Shown in pieces: positions 13,691-25,610 of a stretch of 64,000 nucleotides of DNA (position 1 is the stretch's first letter; each line of letters begins with the position of its first letter). The notes beneath the pieces were generated by a model. It was not told the DNA's origin, made no database searches, and worked only from the letters and a program-made list of their open reading frames with translations. The translations under genes and the position numbers were made by a program. This stretch comes from Octopus sinensis (taxonomy: Eukaryota), in contig NC_043006.1 of NCBI RefSeq assembly GCF_006345805.1, positions 22,754,001-22,818,000 on the forward strand, read 5' to 3'.

Positions 13691-14168
13691 TGACAGGGTG
13701 ATTTGTGGGGATGGTCTGCAAAGTGGAAGAGGGATCGCTGAGAAAGAGCAGTTCTTTGATGAAATGGTGATTGAGTGGGACTTACATAGGGTAGATGAAT
13801 TGGTTTTGGGCAGAGGTGATTTTAATGGACATGTTGGGAAATGGATCCTTTGAGGGTGTGCAAGGGGGAAATGGAATTGCTCTTGTTTCTTTTTCTTTTG
13901 GTTTCTACACCTTTCTCCTCTCAATCGTTCCCTTTCTTACACACTTTTTAACTTTCCTCTTATCCAAGTCAGCAACCACCACCCTGTGCTGCAACTCCCC
14001 TGGTATTGTCTTCACATCTCTCAAATACTTTCTGTCTTTCCTGCCAACCAACAATTTCCTGCACTGAAAGTCACCTTCCTTTTTTCTGTTTTCCTAAACC
14101 ATGTATTCATCACACACAACTCTTTCTCATCACAAAACTCTAACAGCATCCTTCCTTCCAAATTTCTC
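13691..14168. repeat. Rearranged local copy of LINE endonuclease-region DNA
   Basis: 13691-13879 is the reverse complement of 17084-17272. 13877-14168 is a direct copy of 16790-17079. Confidence 0.9.
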
Positions 14169-14594
14169 AAACTTTATTATAGAACACAAACATGCTTGAC
14201 ACTGCATATAGTAGAACAAAGCTTCTCCATGTTAAATAGAAAATAGGCAATTTTCCATTCATTTGAGGCTGGTTCCACTTTCTGTGGATCCAAGCTTCTT
14301 TGAATGCTAGCTACAACAAATTTTGTTATGGAACACAAATATTCTTGACTCTGCATGCTATTGAACAAAGTTTCTCTGTCTTCTAGGAATCAAATGAATT
14401 TGGTTGATGAAAACTGAAAGAAGCTTATATATATATATATGCGTTAGGAAGGGCATCCAGCCGTAGAAACACTGCCAGATCAGACTGGGCCTGATGCAGC
14501 CTTCTGGCTTCCCAGACCCCAGTTGAACCGTCCAACCCATGCTAGCATGGAAAGCGGATGCTAAGTGATGATGATGATGATGATATATATATTA

Positions 14595-17500
14595 TCCATC
14601 ATTTTAAATCTGGGTTTCGTCCCTGTTAACAGGGGGTGGCTGGATCTACCTCAATGCCATAGCAACCGCCCTCACACCATCTCACCATCTTGCCCAGTTT
14701 TGGGCATCCTCCCTTCTCAAGCCAACACTCCCAATCTCCTCCTCCACCTGTCCCCTCGGTCTACTTCACTTTCACTGTCCATTTACCTCAAACTCTAGCA
14801 CCCTCTTCAGAACATGTTCCTCATCCCTCCTCAACACTTGCCCATACCACTGCACTCCATTCACCCTTGCCAGCCGTTCCACTGATTCCTCCAACCCCAG
14901 CATCCCCATCAAGTCTTCAATCCTCCTCTTGTCAAACAGTCTCATTCCACACATTTCTCTCGCCGTTGCTCTCTCAGTCCTTCTCAAAATTGCCATCTCT
15001 CTCTCCCTCAAACACCATGTCTCACTCCCATAGAGCAATGCAGCTCTCACACAACTCCTATAGACCTTTCCTTTTGTCTTCAATGAGAAGCTTTTCCCAT
15101 ATAACAACACTTTACATTTCCTGAACTTCACCCAGCCAAGTCTCGCTCTTTCTGTCACAGCTGCTTCACATCCACCACTCACATCCACCCTGTCTCCCAA
15201 ATAACAAAACACTCACCATCTCCACTTCGTCACATAGTGCTTCCACTGACTTTGCCAGCCCTCCAACTCCTTTCTCACATCTTCCACAAACAAACTCTCT
15301 CATCAGTCTTGAGGTCACTTTCTTCATTTTCGTACATCTACCATGAATCCATTTCTCACATCTCACACAAACTGTATTTGCCATTACCCTCCTCCCACAT
15401 ACACCACATGGATCCACCTTACTCCCTAACACTTCTCCTTCTTGTCTTCCTGAGGTTTACCTTCAAACCCTTGCTTTCAAATGCCTCCTTCCATTTCCAA
15501 AGCTTCTCCCTCAATCCCTCCATCATCTCACTCATCAGAACAAGGTCATCCGCATACAGTATCCCTATTATCAATCCCTCTCTTGCACTCTTTCTTACCA
15601 CATCAACCATTATTGCAAACAACAATGGTGACAACACGGATCCCTGATGCACACCGACTTTCACTGCAAACTCCTCCGACAGCTCTGATCCAATCCTCAC
15701 TCTTGTCTTTACCCCTTCGTACAAACTCATCGCTGCTCTCACTATTACCTCTAGTACACCTCTCTTCATCAATGTCCACTCAATCACCTTTCCTTACAAC
15801 CCGATCAAATGCCTTCTCCAGATCAATGAAGCACATGTACAACTCTTTCCCCTTACTGCGGTACTCCTCCTGCAATCTCCTTACCATAAACACTGCATCT
15901 ATTATCCCCCTTTCTGGCATAAAACCAGATTGCATCTCATCCACATCCACCCCTTTCCGAATTCTCCTCTCCAACACCCTTTCCACTATCTTCATTGCAT
16001 GATCCAATAACTTCACTCCTCTATACGCCCCACAACTCATCGCATCCCCCTTTCCCTTGAAGATCTGTACCACCACACTTAGTGCCCAATCATCTGGCAT
16101 TCCTCTTCCATCCATCATGCCCTGGCAGAGCTTCAACATCACCACAATCCCTATCTCTCCACTTGCAATTATCATTTCCACACTTACTTCTGACTGACCA
16201 GCTGCCTTTCTTGTTTTCATTTCCTTCATTGCCTTCACTACTTCTTCCCGACTAACCCTCTCCACTGGCCCCTTCACTACAGCAACTTCCACCCTCTGAT
16301 CCCATTCATTCTCCTCATTCTTAATTCCCTCCATATTCTCCTTCCAAACTCCTCCCCTGTCTTTATCACTAAAATTCAACCTTTCATCACCCCCACCCCC
16401 ATGCATCTTCCTCCGTCAACATCTCTTCCATCATTTTTCATTGATTTAACAAACCTAAATACTCTTTCTGGGTTCTCATCAAGCTCACTCAACCTCCCTT
16501 CAGCTTTCTTCCTCATAGATCTCACAACCACCCTCCTTGCATGATTTTTCATGTTATTATACTCGGCTTTCATTTGCTCAGTCCTATTTTTATGTAAAGC
16601 TTTGTGCACCTTCTTCCTCACTATTGCATCCCTCACTTCCTTGTTTCACCACCACGTATCTTCTCAATCTCTCCTACCCTTCATCCACCAACATACTTTG
16701 TCACATGCCTTTAGTACCCCTTCTTTAAAAAAACTTCCACAAATCTGGTACATCAATGCTTACCAACTCCCCAACTCTCTCCTAAAACCTTGCTCTTGTT
16801 TCTTTTTCTTTTGGTTTCTACACCTTTCTCCTCTCAATCGTTCCCTTTCTTACACACTTTTTAACTTTCCTCTATATCCAAGTCAGCAACCACCACCCTG
16901 TGCTGCAACTCCCCTGGTATGTCTTCACATCTCTCAAATACTTTCTGTCTTCCTGCCAACCAACAATTTCCTGCACTGAAAGTCACCTTCCTTTTTCTGT
17001 TTTCCTAAACCATGTATTCATCACACACAACTCTTTCTCATCACAAAACTCTAACAGCATCCTTCCTTCCAAATTTCTCTCCCCAATTCCATTTCCCCCT
17101 TGCACACCCTCAAAGGATCCATTTCCCAACATGTCCATTAAAATCACCTCTGCCCAAAACCAATTCATCTACCCTATGTAAGTCCCACTCAATCACCATT
17201 TCATCAAAGAACTGCTCTTTCTCAGCGATCCCTCTTCCACTTTGCAGACCATCCCCACAAATCACCCTGTCACACTTTCTCCTGACCTCCACAACCTTCT
17301 CACAGATTTCTTCCCTCATCAAAACTCCCCCACCTCCAGTCCCCTTGCCATTTCTCAACCACTACAACTTGTACCTTCTTCCCTTGATCCCCACAAATCT
17401 TGCACCCTCCCCCCCCCCCACCTAACCTCCTGCACACAGCACACATCCACCCTTCTCTTCCTCAATTCCCCTTCCACACAGACTGCCCACATTCCAACTT

Positions 17501-17790
17501 CCCAACCTCACCCCAAGCTTCTCCTCAGGCCGTTGGCCATCATAAGGGAAGTCATGCTTGCACAACCAAGGATGAGGGTTTGCACCTTCCTTTTTCAGGT
17601 AGGCAGGTGCAGCCCACCCCAACCTTTGGGCTAGCTGGTGCCCAATCTCCTTTGCTATTATCATGAGGCTTTTCAGAGCTGGATTTTCTACGGGGGTAAG
17701 AGGTTGGGGGTAAGCATGCTCTTGTTTACCCACAACCTCAGTTTCTAGACATGAGTGGTCCCGAGACCAAGGCTTCAGCCACAGTTTTTA
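14595..17790 (-). mobile_element. Near full-length degenerate RTE/RTE-X-like LINE (APE endonuclease + RT)
   Basis: Frameshifted minus-strand ORFs: GSWNVGSL, GDFNGHVG, YRGVKLL, FIDLEKAFDRV, GVHQGSVLSPLLF, LYADDLVL, CxxC..CxxC PHD-like insert, LLYGSETW, WYGQVLRR. Confidence 0.92.
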
Positions 17791-17813
17791 AGAAATGTCG
17801 TGGAATATATGTA

Positions 17814-17854
<41 letters not shown>

Positions 17855-17856
17855 CT

Positions 17857-18143
17857 CACCGTGACCGACCAGGCTATCAGATGTTGTTACACATCGCTGG
17901 TCACAATACACTTCGCATTGTTTTAGCCTTCAAATGACACCACCCCACTGGCTAAGCGAGCAGGCCAACAGAAGAAAGAGTGGGAGAAAGTTGTGGCGAA
18001 AGAGTACAGCAGGGATCGCCACCACCCCTGCCGGGCCTGTGGAGCTTTAGGTGTTTTCGCTCAATAAACACTCACAACGCCCGGTCTGGGAATTGAAACC
18101 GCGATCCTACGACCGTGAGTTCACTGCCCTAACCAATGGGCCT
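17857..18143 (-). mobile_element. tRNA-derived SINE family B
   Basis: Head similar to 33318 (GGCCCAGTGGTTAGGGCAG...GGTTTCGATTCCCAGACC). Confidence 0.75.
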
Positions 18144-18156
18144 GTATATATATATA

Positions 18157-18369
18157 TACAGGAGGGAGTATGGAAAAGTTCCTGGCTTTGGGTAAAAGAA
18201 AGTACAGGAGGATCAGTTAATTATGATTTTATTCAACATATTCCCCTCTCAGATCAACTTACTTATTGCAGTTTTACTAAGCCCTGTAAAAGAACTTGGA
18301 AATTTGGGCCTCTAACCAGGCCTTTTGTGATACCCTTAAAGCCAGGAACTTTGCAGCACTCCGTTGTAT
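18157..18369. mobile_element. Mariner-type MITE
   Basis: Imperfect TIRs containing AAAGTTCCTGGCTTT and AAAGCCAGGAACTTT, with TA at both ends. Confidence 0.65.
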
Positions 18370-18942
18370 GTATATGTATGTGTGTACACACACATACACA
18401 TAATTACACACACACACACACACACACATAAAGTGGCAAGGGCTCGAAATGATCCAGTCTACAGCCGGCCTGTGAAATTAACATGCAAGTGGCTGAGCAC
18501 TCCCTGGACACATGTACCCTTAATGTAGTTCTCAGGGAGATTACAGGCCCTTGTAAAATACAGGTACTACTCATTTTTGCCAGCTGAGTGAACTGGAGCA
18601 AGGTGAAATAAAGTGTCTTGCTCAAGAACACAACACAGCCCAGTCTGTGAATTGAAGTAATGTGAAATAAAGTGTCTTGCTCAAGGGCACAATTGCACCA
18701 CTGGGAATTGAACTCACGACCTCATGATAGTGATCAAATATCCTGACCATTAAACCACATGCCTTATAGATTTATGTAAGAAAAGTAGAAGTGAGTGAGT
18801 GTTGACAGTAGGTGAGATGGTGATGAGAGAGAGTGTGAAATGGTACTTACATTAGTGCACACACTCACACAGAAGGTATTGGAATTAAAGGACAAGGTTA
18901 CTGATCAGAAAATACCAATTGTATTTTTTGGTAGGTATTTAA

Positions 18943-19163
18943 CCCTTTCGTTACTGTATTTATTTTGATATGCTCTGTGTTTCTTTCAATTATTTTAAAT
19001 ATGACAAAGAATTTAGTAAAATAACTTAGTTATCATTAAGCTAGTGTTAGGAATATAAATTGCGACTAAGGTTTGGTGGTATATTTTGATGCAAAACTTA
19101 TGAAAACAAGACATTTATACTACAGAGCCAGAGCCGGTTTTGGCCGGGTTGGTAACAAAAGGG
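18943..19163. mobile_element. piggyBac-like MITE
   Basis: TTAA target duplication; termini CCCTTTCGTTAC and GTAACAAAAGGG. Confidence 0.8.
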
Positions 19164-19629
19164 TTAACATCATGAAGGGTATCCAGCCATAGAAATCATG
19201 CCAAATCAGATTGGAGCCTATTGCAGCTTGCCACCTCTGGTCAAACTGTCAACCCATGCCAATATGGAAAACGGATGTTGAATGATGTTTCCATGCTGGC
19301 ATGGGTTTGAAGCCTTGACAGGAACTGGCAAGGCCAGGGGCTGCACCAGGTTCCATGGTCTGTTTTGACTTGGTTTCTACAACTGGGTGCCCTTCTTAAT
19401 GCCACCTACTTTACAGAGAGTACTGGGTACTTTTTATGTGGCTCCAACACCAGTGCTTTTTATGTGACATGAGCATCAGTGCTTTTTTTTTTACATGGCA
19501 CCAGCACCAACACCAGTCCTAAGGCCAATTTGACTAAACCCTCCCCCCAAAATCTCATGTTTTTGTGCCTCTATTAAAAAACATTATTTTTCTAAAAATT
19601 TTACGAACAGTTCTTCTTATTTTTTTCAG

Positions 19630-19854
19630 GCCATGAGTCTTCTGTTCAGTTTAAAAAATCAGTGCCATACACATTCAGGGACTCCTCTTCAAATGTGGTT
19701 AAAGAAATATGGTGTTGCAAGTGTTAGAAAATTTGACCAACTGGACAGTAAATTTGTTGGACCTCTTACTTTCCAAGGCCGATTTAGCCAACTCAATTTC
19801 CAAGTAAATATCGATCCAGAAAACAAGTTTCCTGTTGAAGATAAATTATCTCAG
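19630..19854 (+). CDS. bca: Beta-class carbonic anhydrase, internal exon (phase 0-0)
   Basis: TTTCAG acceptor and GTTTGA donor; 225 nt. AMSLLFSL...TPLQMWLKKYG...IDPENKFPVEDKLSQ matches the invertebrate beta-CA DCKAM..PL..W..IDP...EDKLSQ pattern. Confidence 0.93.
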
Positions 19855-20389
19855 GTTTGACAACAATAATTTATATTATTTTACGTTTTTTTTTTTTGTG
19901 TCTGATATTTCTAGCAATATAGCTGGTGGAGTGGCTGTTTACTTCCCCTTCACATGGGTCCAGGTTCAGTCTTATGCATGGTACCATGAGCAAGATTCTT
20001 CTACCACAGCCCTGGGCCAACCAAAGCCTTGTGAGTGAATTTAGTTGACAGAATTTGAAAAGCCCATCATATGTGTGTGTGTGTGTGTGTGTGTTATTGT
20101 CTCCTTGCCATGACATCATGTGATAGTTGTAAATGAGTGTCATCATCACACAAGCAGAGTCTTTTGTTTCTAATTGTCCTTGAAAAGCCTATCTGGTCAT
20201 GGGGAAATACTACCTTACTTGGAAACAGGTGAGAGTTAGTGACAGAAAGGGCATCTGGCTTTAGAATATCTGCTTCAACAAATTCCATCCAACCCATGCA
20301 AGCATGGAAAAGTGGACTTTGAAAATGCTGCTGCTGATGATGATGAATTGGAGGAGGAGGAGGATACATATGTGTGTGTGCATATATGT

Positions 20390-22433
20390 ATGTAGCAGCC
20401 ATAATATAAGGGTCAGTAGGAATAAGTGTATTGAAACATATATTATAGAAGATTAACCAAACGTTAAGACTAGATATTTTACACATGTTTAGATATATCT
20501 GATAGCTATCTTTCATGAAAATTTCAAGTGAATGGAATAAATATTTTGTAAGTTATGAGGAAATAAACAAATAATCTTCCAAACTGTAACAGCCAAAAGT
20601 TAAGGGTCACTTAGAAAAACAATGATAAATAGAACAAAAACCAAAAATAAACTCTTACTATTAATATTTTGTGAACATCCCTGTACTATCAATGACCTCC
20701 TGACATCTGTTACCTTAGGACTGAATTAATTTCTTGCAAAATGATAGAGTAATATTGTTCCATTTATTTTTCAATAATTCCCAGAGTTCATTTTGGTTTT
20801 TTGGATTTCTTCTTTGCGCCCCATCTCCAAAGATCCGATTAATCTTCCAAATGTTTTCTATAGGGTTGAGATTGGGTCTTTGAGGTGGCCAGTCCATGAG
20901 ATCAACCCCTTCATCACTAAAAAAATCTTTGACTCTCTTCGCAGTGTGACAGGGAGTATTGTCCTGCACAAAGGTAGGAGGTTGAACTGACAAGGATCGG
21001 AGATGTGGAAGGGTATGATATCTAAGAATCTGCTTGTAGATTTCAGCATTGACAGTTCCTTGTAGGTGAATAAGTGGACCAGGACCAGCAGCAGAGATCA
21101 CTCCCCATACCATTACACTGCCTCTGCCATATTTCAGTGTCTTCTTCACACATGCACAAGATAACCTTTCACCACTTCTTCATCATACATACATCCCGCC
21201 ATCGAAACCAATCACATTAAACTTCGATTCATTGCTAAAATGAATCTGTGACCACTGTTCTTCTGTCCAAACGACATTTTCATGAATGAAATGAAGACAG
21301 GCTCTTTGATTCTTCTTGGAGATCAGAAGTTTCTTTGCTGGTGCCCGAGCAAGCAACCCAGAACCTCATAACCTCGGAGAAACTGTTTTGCATGATATGT
21401 TGACATCGGAAATGGAGCTAAACTTGCAAGATATCTCAGCAGCACTCTTAAACCTATCCTTTCCTTCAGTGACATTCTAACAATAATACGATCCTGTCTT
21501 GGTGAAGTTTTACTAGGTCTACTGGTTTTGGGTTTAGCATCTGTCGATGCTGATGACTTAAAACGAGCTACAATTCATTGCACAACACTTCTAGACCTTT
21601 CTACAGTAGTTGCTATCACAGAATTTGACTTGCCCTCTTGGTGAAGACACACAATCCTTTTTATTTTCATCACAGGACATCAGTCATCTCTCACAAGTCA
21701 CCATGTTGACAGTTCAATATTCCAATATTGTAAGATCATAAGAAGTAGCTGTTAGCCCATTAACAGTCTTCTAAACAACAAATACCTTGGTTAATACTCT
21801 TACTTGTTTCAGTCACTTGACTGCGGCCATGCTGGAGCACCGCCTTTAGTCAAGCAAGTCGACCCCAGAGCTTATTCTTTGTAAGCCTACTACTTATTCT
21901 ATCAGTCTCTTTTGCCGAACTGCTAATTTATGGGGATGCAAACACTCCAGCATCAGTTGTCAAGCTATGTTGGGAGAACAAACACAGACACAGAAACACA
22001 CACACACACACTCATATATATATATACATATACATATATACAACAGGCTTCTTTCAGATTCCGTCTACCAAATCCACTTACAAAGCTTTGGTTGGCCCAA
22101 GGCTCTAGTAGAAGACACTTGCCCAAGGTGCCACGCAGTGGGACTGAACCCGGAACCATGTGGTTGGTAAGCCAGCTACTTACCACACAGCCACTCCTAA
22201 TAGTTCATTTTTCTAAGTGACCCTTAACTTTTGGCTGCTGCAATTTGGAAGATTGTTTATTTTGTCATAATTTACGAAATATTTATTCCATTCACTTGAA
22301 ATTTTCAAGAAAGATAGATATTAGATATCTCCAAATATGTGTAAAGTATCTAGTCTCAACAGGATGTTAATTTTCTATAATAACTATTTCAATACATTTG
22401 TTCTTACTGACCCTTATATTATGGCCACTACTG
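20390..22433 (-). mobile_element. Tc1-like (DD34E) transposon with long IR/DR-type TIRs, inactive
   Basis: Inverted repeats of about 230 bp (20390-20625 and 22205-22433), each with two (A/G)GCCA-A--TAAGGGTCA direct repeats; right end CTG-TA. Transposase 20661-21704 has FSNESKF, VMVWG, FVQDNTPCH, WPPQRPNLNPIENIW and GMFTKY*, with several stops. Confidence 0.92.
21797..22199 (-). mobile_element. SINE family A nested in the Tc1 element
   Basis: Reverse-complement copy abutting the inner edge of the right TIR. Confidence 0.85.
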
Positions 22434-22520
22434 TATGTTTGTACGTGTTTTTTTTTTTGTTCATGTTTATGTTGTTTAAGTCCTGTAACTTAACAGTGCA
22501 GCAAATAAAGATTTAAAACT

Positions 22521-22695
22521 GAGTTACAGGGACGTAAAGACACCAGCATCGGTTGCTAAGCTATGTTGGGACAAACACAGACACACAAACATACACACAC
22601 ATATATATGTATATACGACGGGCTTCTTTCAGTTTCCGTCGACCAAATCCACTCACAAGGCTTTGGTAGACAGAAATTGAAAGAAGCCCGTAATA

Positions 22696-22776
<81 letters not shown>

Positions 22777-22976
22777 GTGTGTGTCTGTGTTTGTCCTCCC
22801 CAACATCGTTTGACAACCGATGCTGGTGTGTTTATGTCCCTGTAACTTAGCGGTTCGGCAAAAGAGCCCGAAAGAATAAGTAGTAGGCTTACAAAGAATA
22901 AGTTCTAGGGTCGATTTGCTCGACTAAAGGCGGTGCTCCAGCATGGCCGCAGTCAAATGACTGAAACAAGTAAAAG
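22521..22976. mobile_element. Two SINE-A fragments fused in inverted orientation
   Basis: A minus fragment (22521-22660) is directly followed by a plus fragment (22661-22976); both lack the tRNA head. Confidence 0.8.
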
Positions 22977-23320
22977 ATATATATATATATATACATATAT
23001 ATTTATACATATATATATATATTTATATATGTATGTATATATACATATATATTTATGTATGTATATACATACATATATATTTATGTATGTATATATACAT
23101 ATATATTTATATAAGTATTTATATATATATGTATTTATATATATATGTATGTATATATATATATATACGCATATATATTTAAGTATGTATATATATAGAT
23201 ATATATTTATATATGTATTTATATATATATATTTATATATATATATATTTATATATGTATGTATATATATGTATATATATATATGTGTGTGTGTGTGTGT
23301 CTGTGTGTATGTATGTGTAT
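22977..23320. repeat. Degenerate (TA)n/(TG)n microsatellite
   Basis: Directly visible. Confidence 0.95.
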
Positions 23321-23567
23321 GTTTTCGTATTTGCATTTGATAACTGGTATTAGTTTGTTTACATCCCCATAACATATCACTTAAGCAAAAGAGATGAATA
23401 GAATAAGTACCAGAAGTACCAGACTTAAAGTAAGTATTGGGGTTGATTTGTTGGGACTAAAACCTTTCAAGGCAGTGCTCCACTGACTGAAACCAGTGAA
23501 AGACAAAGAAAACTTTGAAAAATTCAAAAAACTAATCAAGCCATTCTTTCTCTGTACATTTTCACAG

Positions 23568-23774
23568 GTAAACTGCCTTCAACAACTGCAAAATATTGCC
23601 ACTTTTCCAATTCTACATGAGAAGCTGTCCAAGAACCAAATTCGTCTGCATGCCATTTGGATTGACGTTCGCACGGGTAACGTTTTCATCTTCAGCCGAG
23701 ATGAAAAACAATTTGTTGAGATTACAGAACGGAACTATTTACAGCTTGTACGTGAGTGTTTCCCTGTTGATTAG
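23568..23774 (+). CDS. bca: Beta-class carbonic anhydrase, last coding exon
   Basis: TTCACAG acceptor, phase 0. VNCLQQLQNIATFPILHEKLSKNQIRLHAIWIDVRTGNVFIFSRDEKQFVEITERNYLQLVRECFPVD*, the typical metazoan beta-CA C-terminus. Confidence 0.95.
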   Translation, partial: VNCLQQLQNIATFPILHEKLSKNQIRLHAIWIDVRTGNVFIFSRDEKQFVEITERNYLQLVRECFPVD

Positions 23775-23970
23775 AAACTCAACATCTTGACTGAAACCAA
23801 TTGCTCAAGCAACTAAACAGACATTCTTGTATTACTGCCCCAAAATGATGGAAGTTGTTCTTTATCTGATATCTATCCCATCATTCTATATCATCATTTT
23901 TTTTCCAAATGCTTGATTTTTTTTTTGTTTATCATATTTATGGAACTTAAAGCAATTACAGTATATAGAG

Positions 23971-24333
23971 AATACCAAACGAGTTCCCTACGGATATTGT
24001 ATTTATTACAACGAGTGGCTTGTAAACGTAATAAATACGGTATCCATAGGGAATGAGTTTGGTATTTTATTTATTACACACGAATAAATGACCATATTTT
24101 ATTAACCCAATAACTAAATTCTTCACGTTTAGTTGTAACTTATGAATGACAAAAGTAGTGCCGTCACCGTGACCTCAGGTCATCACCATGGATTGACCAA
24201 TCAGAAGCAGCGCTGTCACCGTGACCTCGGGTCATCACCATGGATTGACCAATCAGAAGCAGCGCTCGCAGTATCTGACATATGTTAGATACCAAAAATA
24301 TCTCAAAGTGTTCTCACTCACATGTGTGTAATA
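23971..24333. mobile_element. Palindromic non-autonomous DNA element (class uncertain)
   Basis: Hairpin with about 39-bp arms (23971-24066), a second inverted pair TTATTACACAC / GTGTGTAATAA, and an internal ~51-bp tandem duplication containing CCAAT. Confidence 0.6.
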
Positions 24334-25421
24334 ATTCACCATAGATACTAGAAAATATTAAAATGTGTTCCAAGATTTAACATTTCTAGAAAATGGTAAG
24401 GCAGAGAGAGTGGGGGGGGGAGAAGATATGAAATATTTCATACAGTTACCATGTTTTCTTTGAAATGCCCTGCACTTTGTTTCATTTAAATTTGAATGTA
24501 ATGAAGTATCTTGTAAAAAAAAACTTAGCCATTATTAAGCTGATGAAATTTTGATGAAAGATTTTGATATTTTAAAACAAGGAGATTGTATCATAGGACT
24601 AGATGTGTTCTTAAGCATATTGGTATCAAAAGGGTTGAATTTTTGTTTCACTGTTATTAGTAAGACCTATTTTCTGTAAGAAGGAAAATTCTTGCCATAT
24701 TTTCTAAAGAGGGGGAAAAAAATATAATGCTACAATTAATGATAACAATAATGATAATGTAAATAAATTTTTTTTTTCAATTTCAACATTTCTTTTACTA
24801 TATTTCTGTTGAATCAATCTGGTTTTATTTCAGTTTATTTCGAAAATAAAGAATTTAATAAAATATCTTTCTCCTTATTAAACTGGTCTTTGGGACATAA
24901 ATTAGTAAGAAATTTTGATGGGAGGTTTCGATTTAAATCATTTTAAAACAGACAGTTTGTGTAATAAAATTCTAACCAGTCTCAGGTGGGTTAATCAAAA
25001 AAAGAAAATTCAAATTACCTTTATTTTTTCTTTGTGTTACATCCCAATATTTGATTCTATGTAGATTATTCTACATATTGCTCTACTAAAACCTTTTCCT
25101 GAAGATTTTGGTAATGAATTCCATACTGCTCTTTAATTACATAATGTTGATGAGAACTGAAAGCCAACTTTACTTCAGAGTTTTGAGGGTTTTTTTTGTT
25201 TTCTTATAAATATATTTTTTTGTTTCCATTTATTGTAAGAACCCAAGCAGTATTGTTTCTTTTTTCACTTCTTTTTCTCTTTTTTAACTTCTAAAAACTG
25301 GAAAATAAATATATTTCTTGTTAGCTTTCTTGATTCTAATACCAACTTCTAACACCTTATTCCATCTCTCGTGTACCTATATAAACATACATTTCTCTCT
25401 CTCTCTCTCTCTCTCTCTTTC

Positions 25422-25463
<42 letters not shown>

Positions 25464-25513
25464 AACATGCACACACATGTAGAACATATATCTATATCTG
25501 TATGTCTGTCTGA

Positions 25514-25553
<40 letters not shown>

Positions 25554-25561
25554 ATGTATAT

Positions 25562-25610
<49 letters not shown>

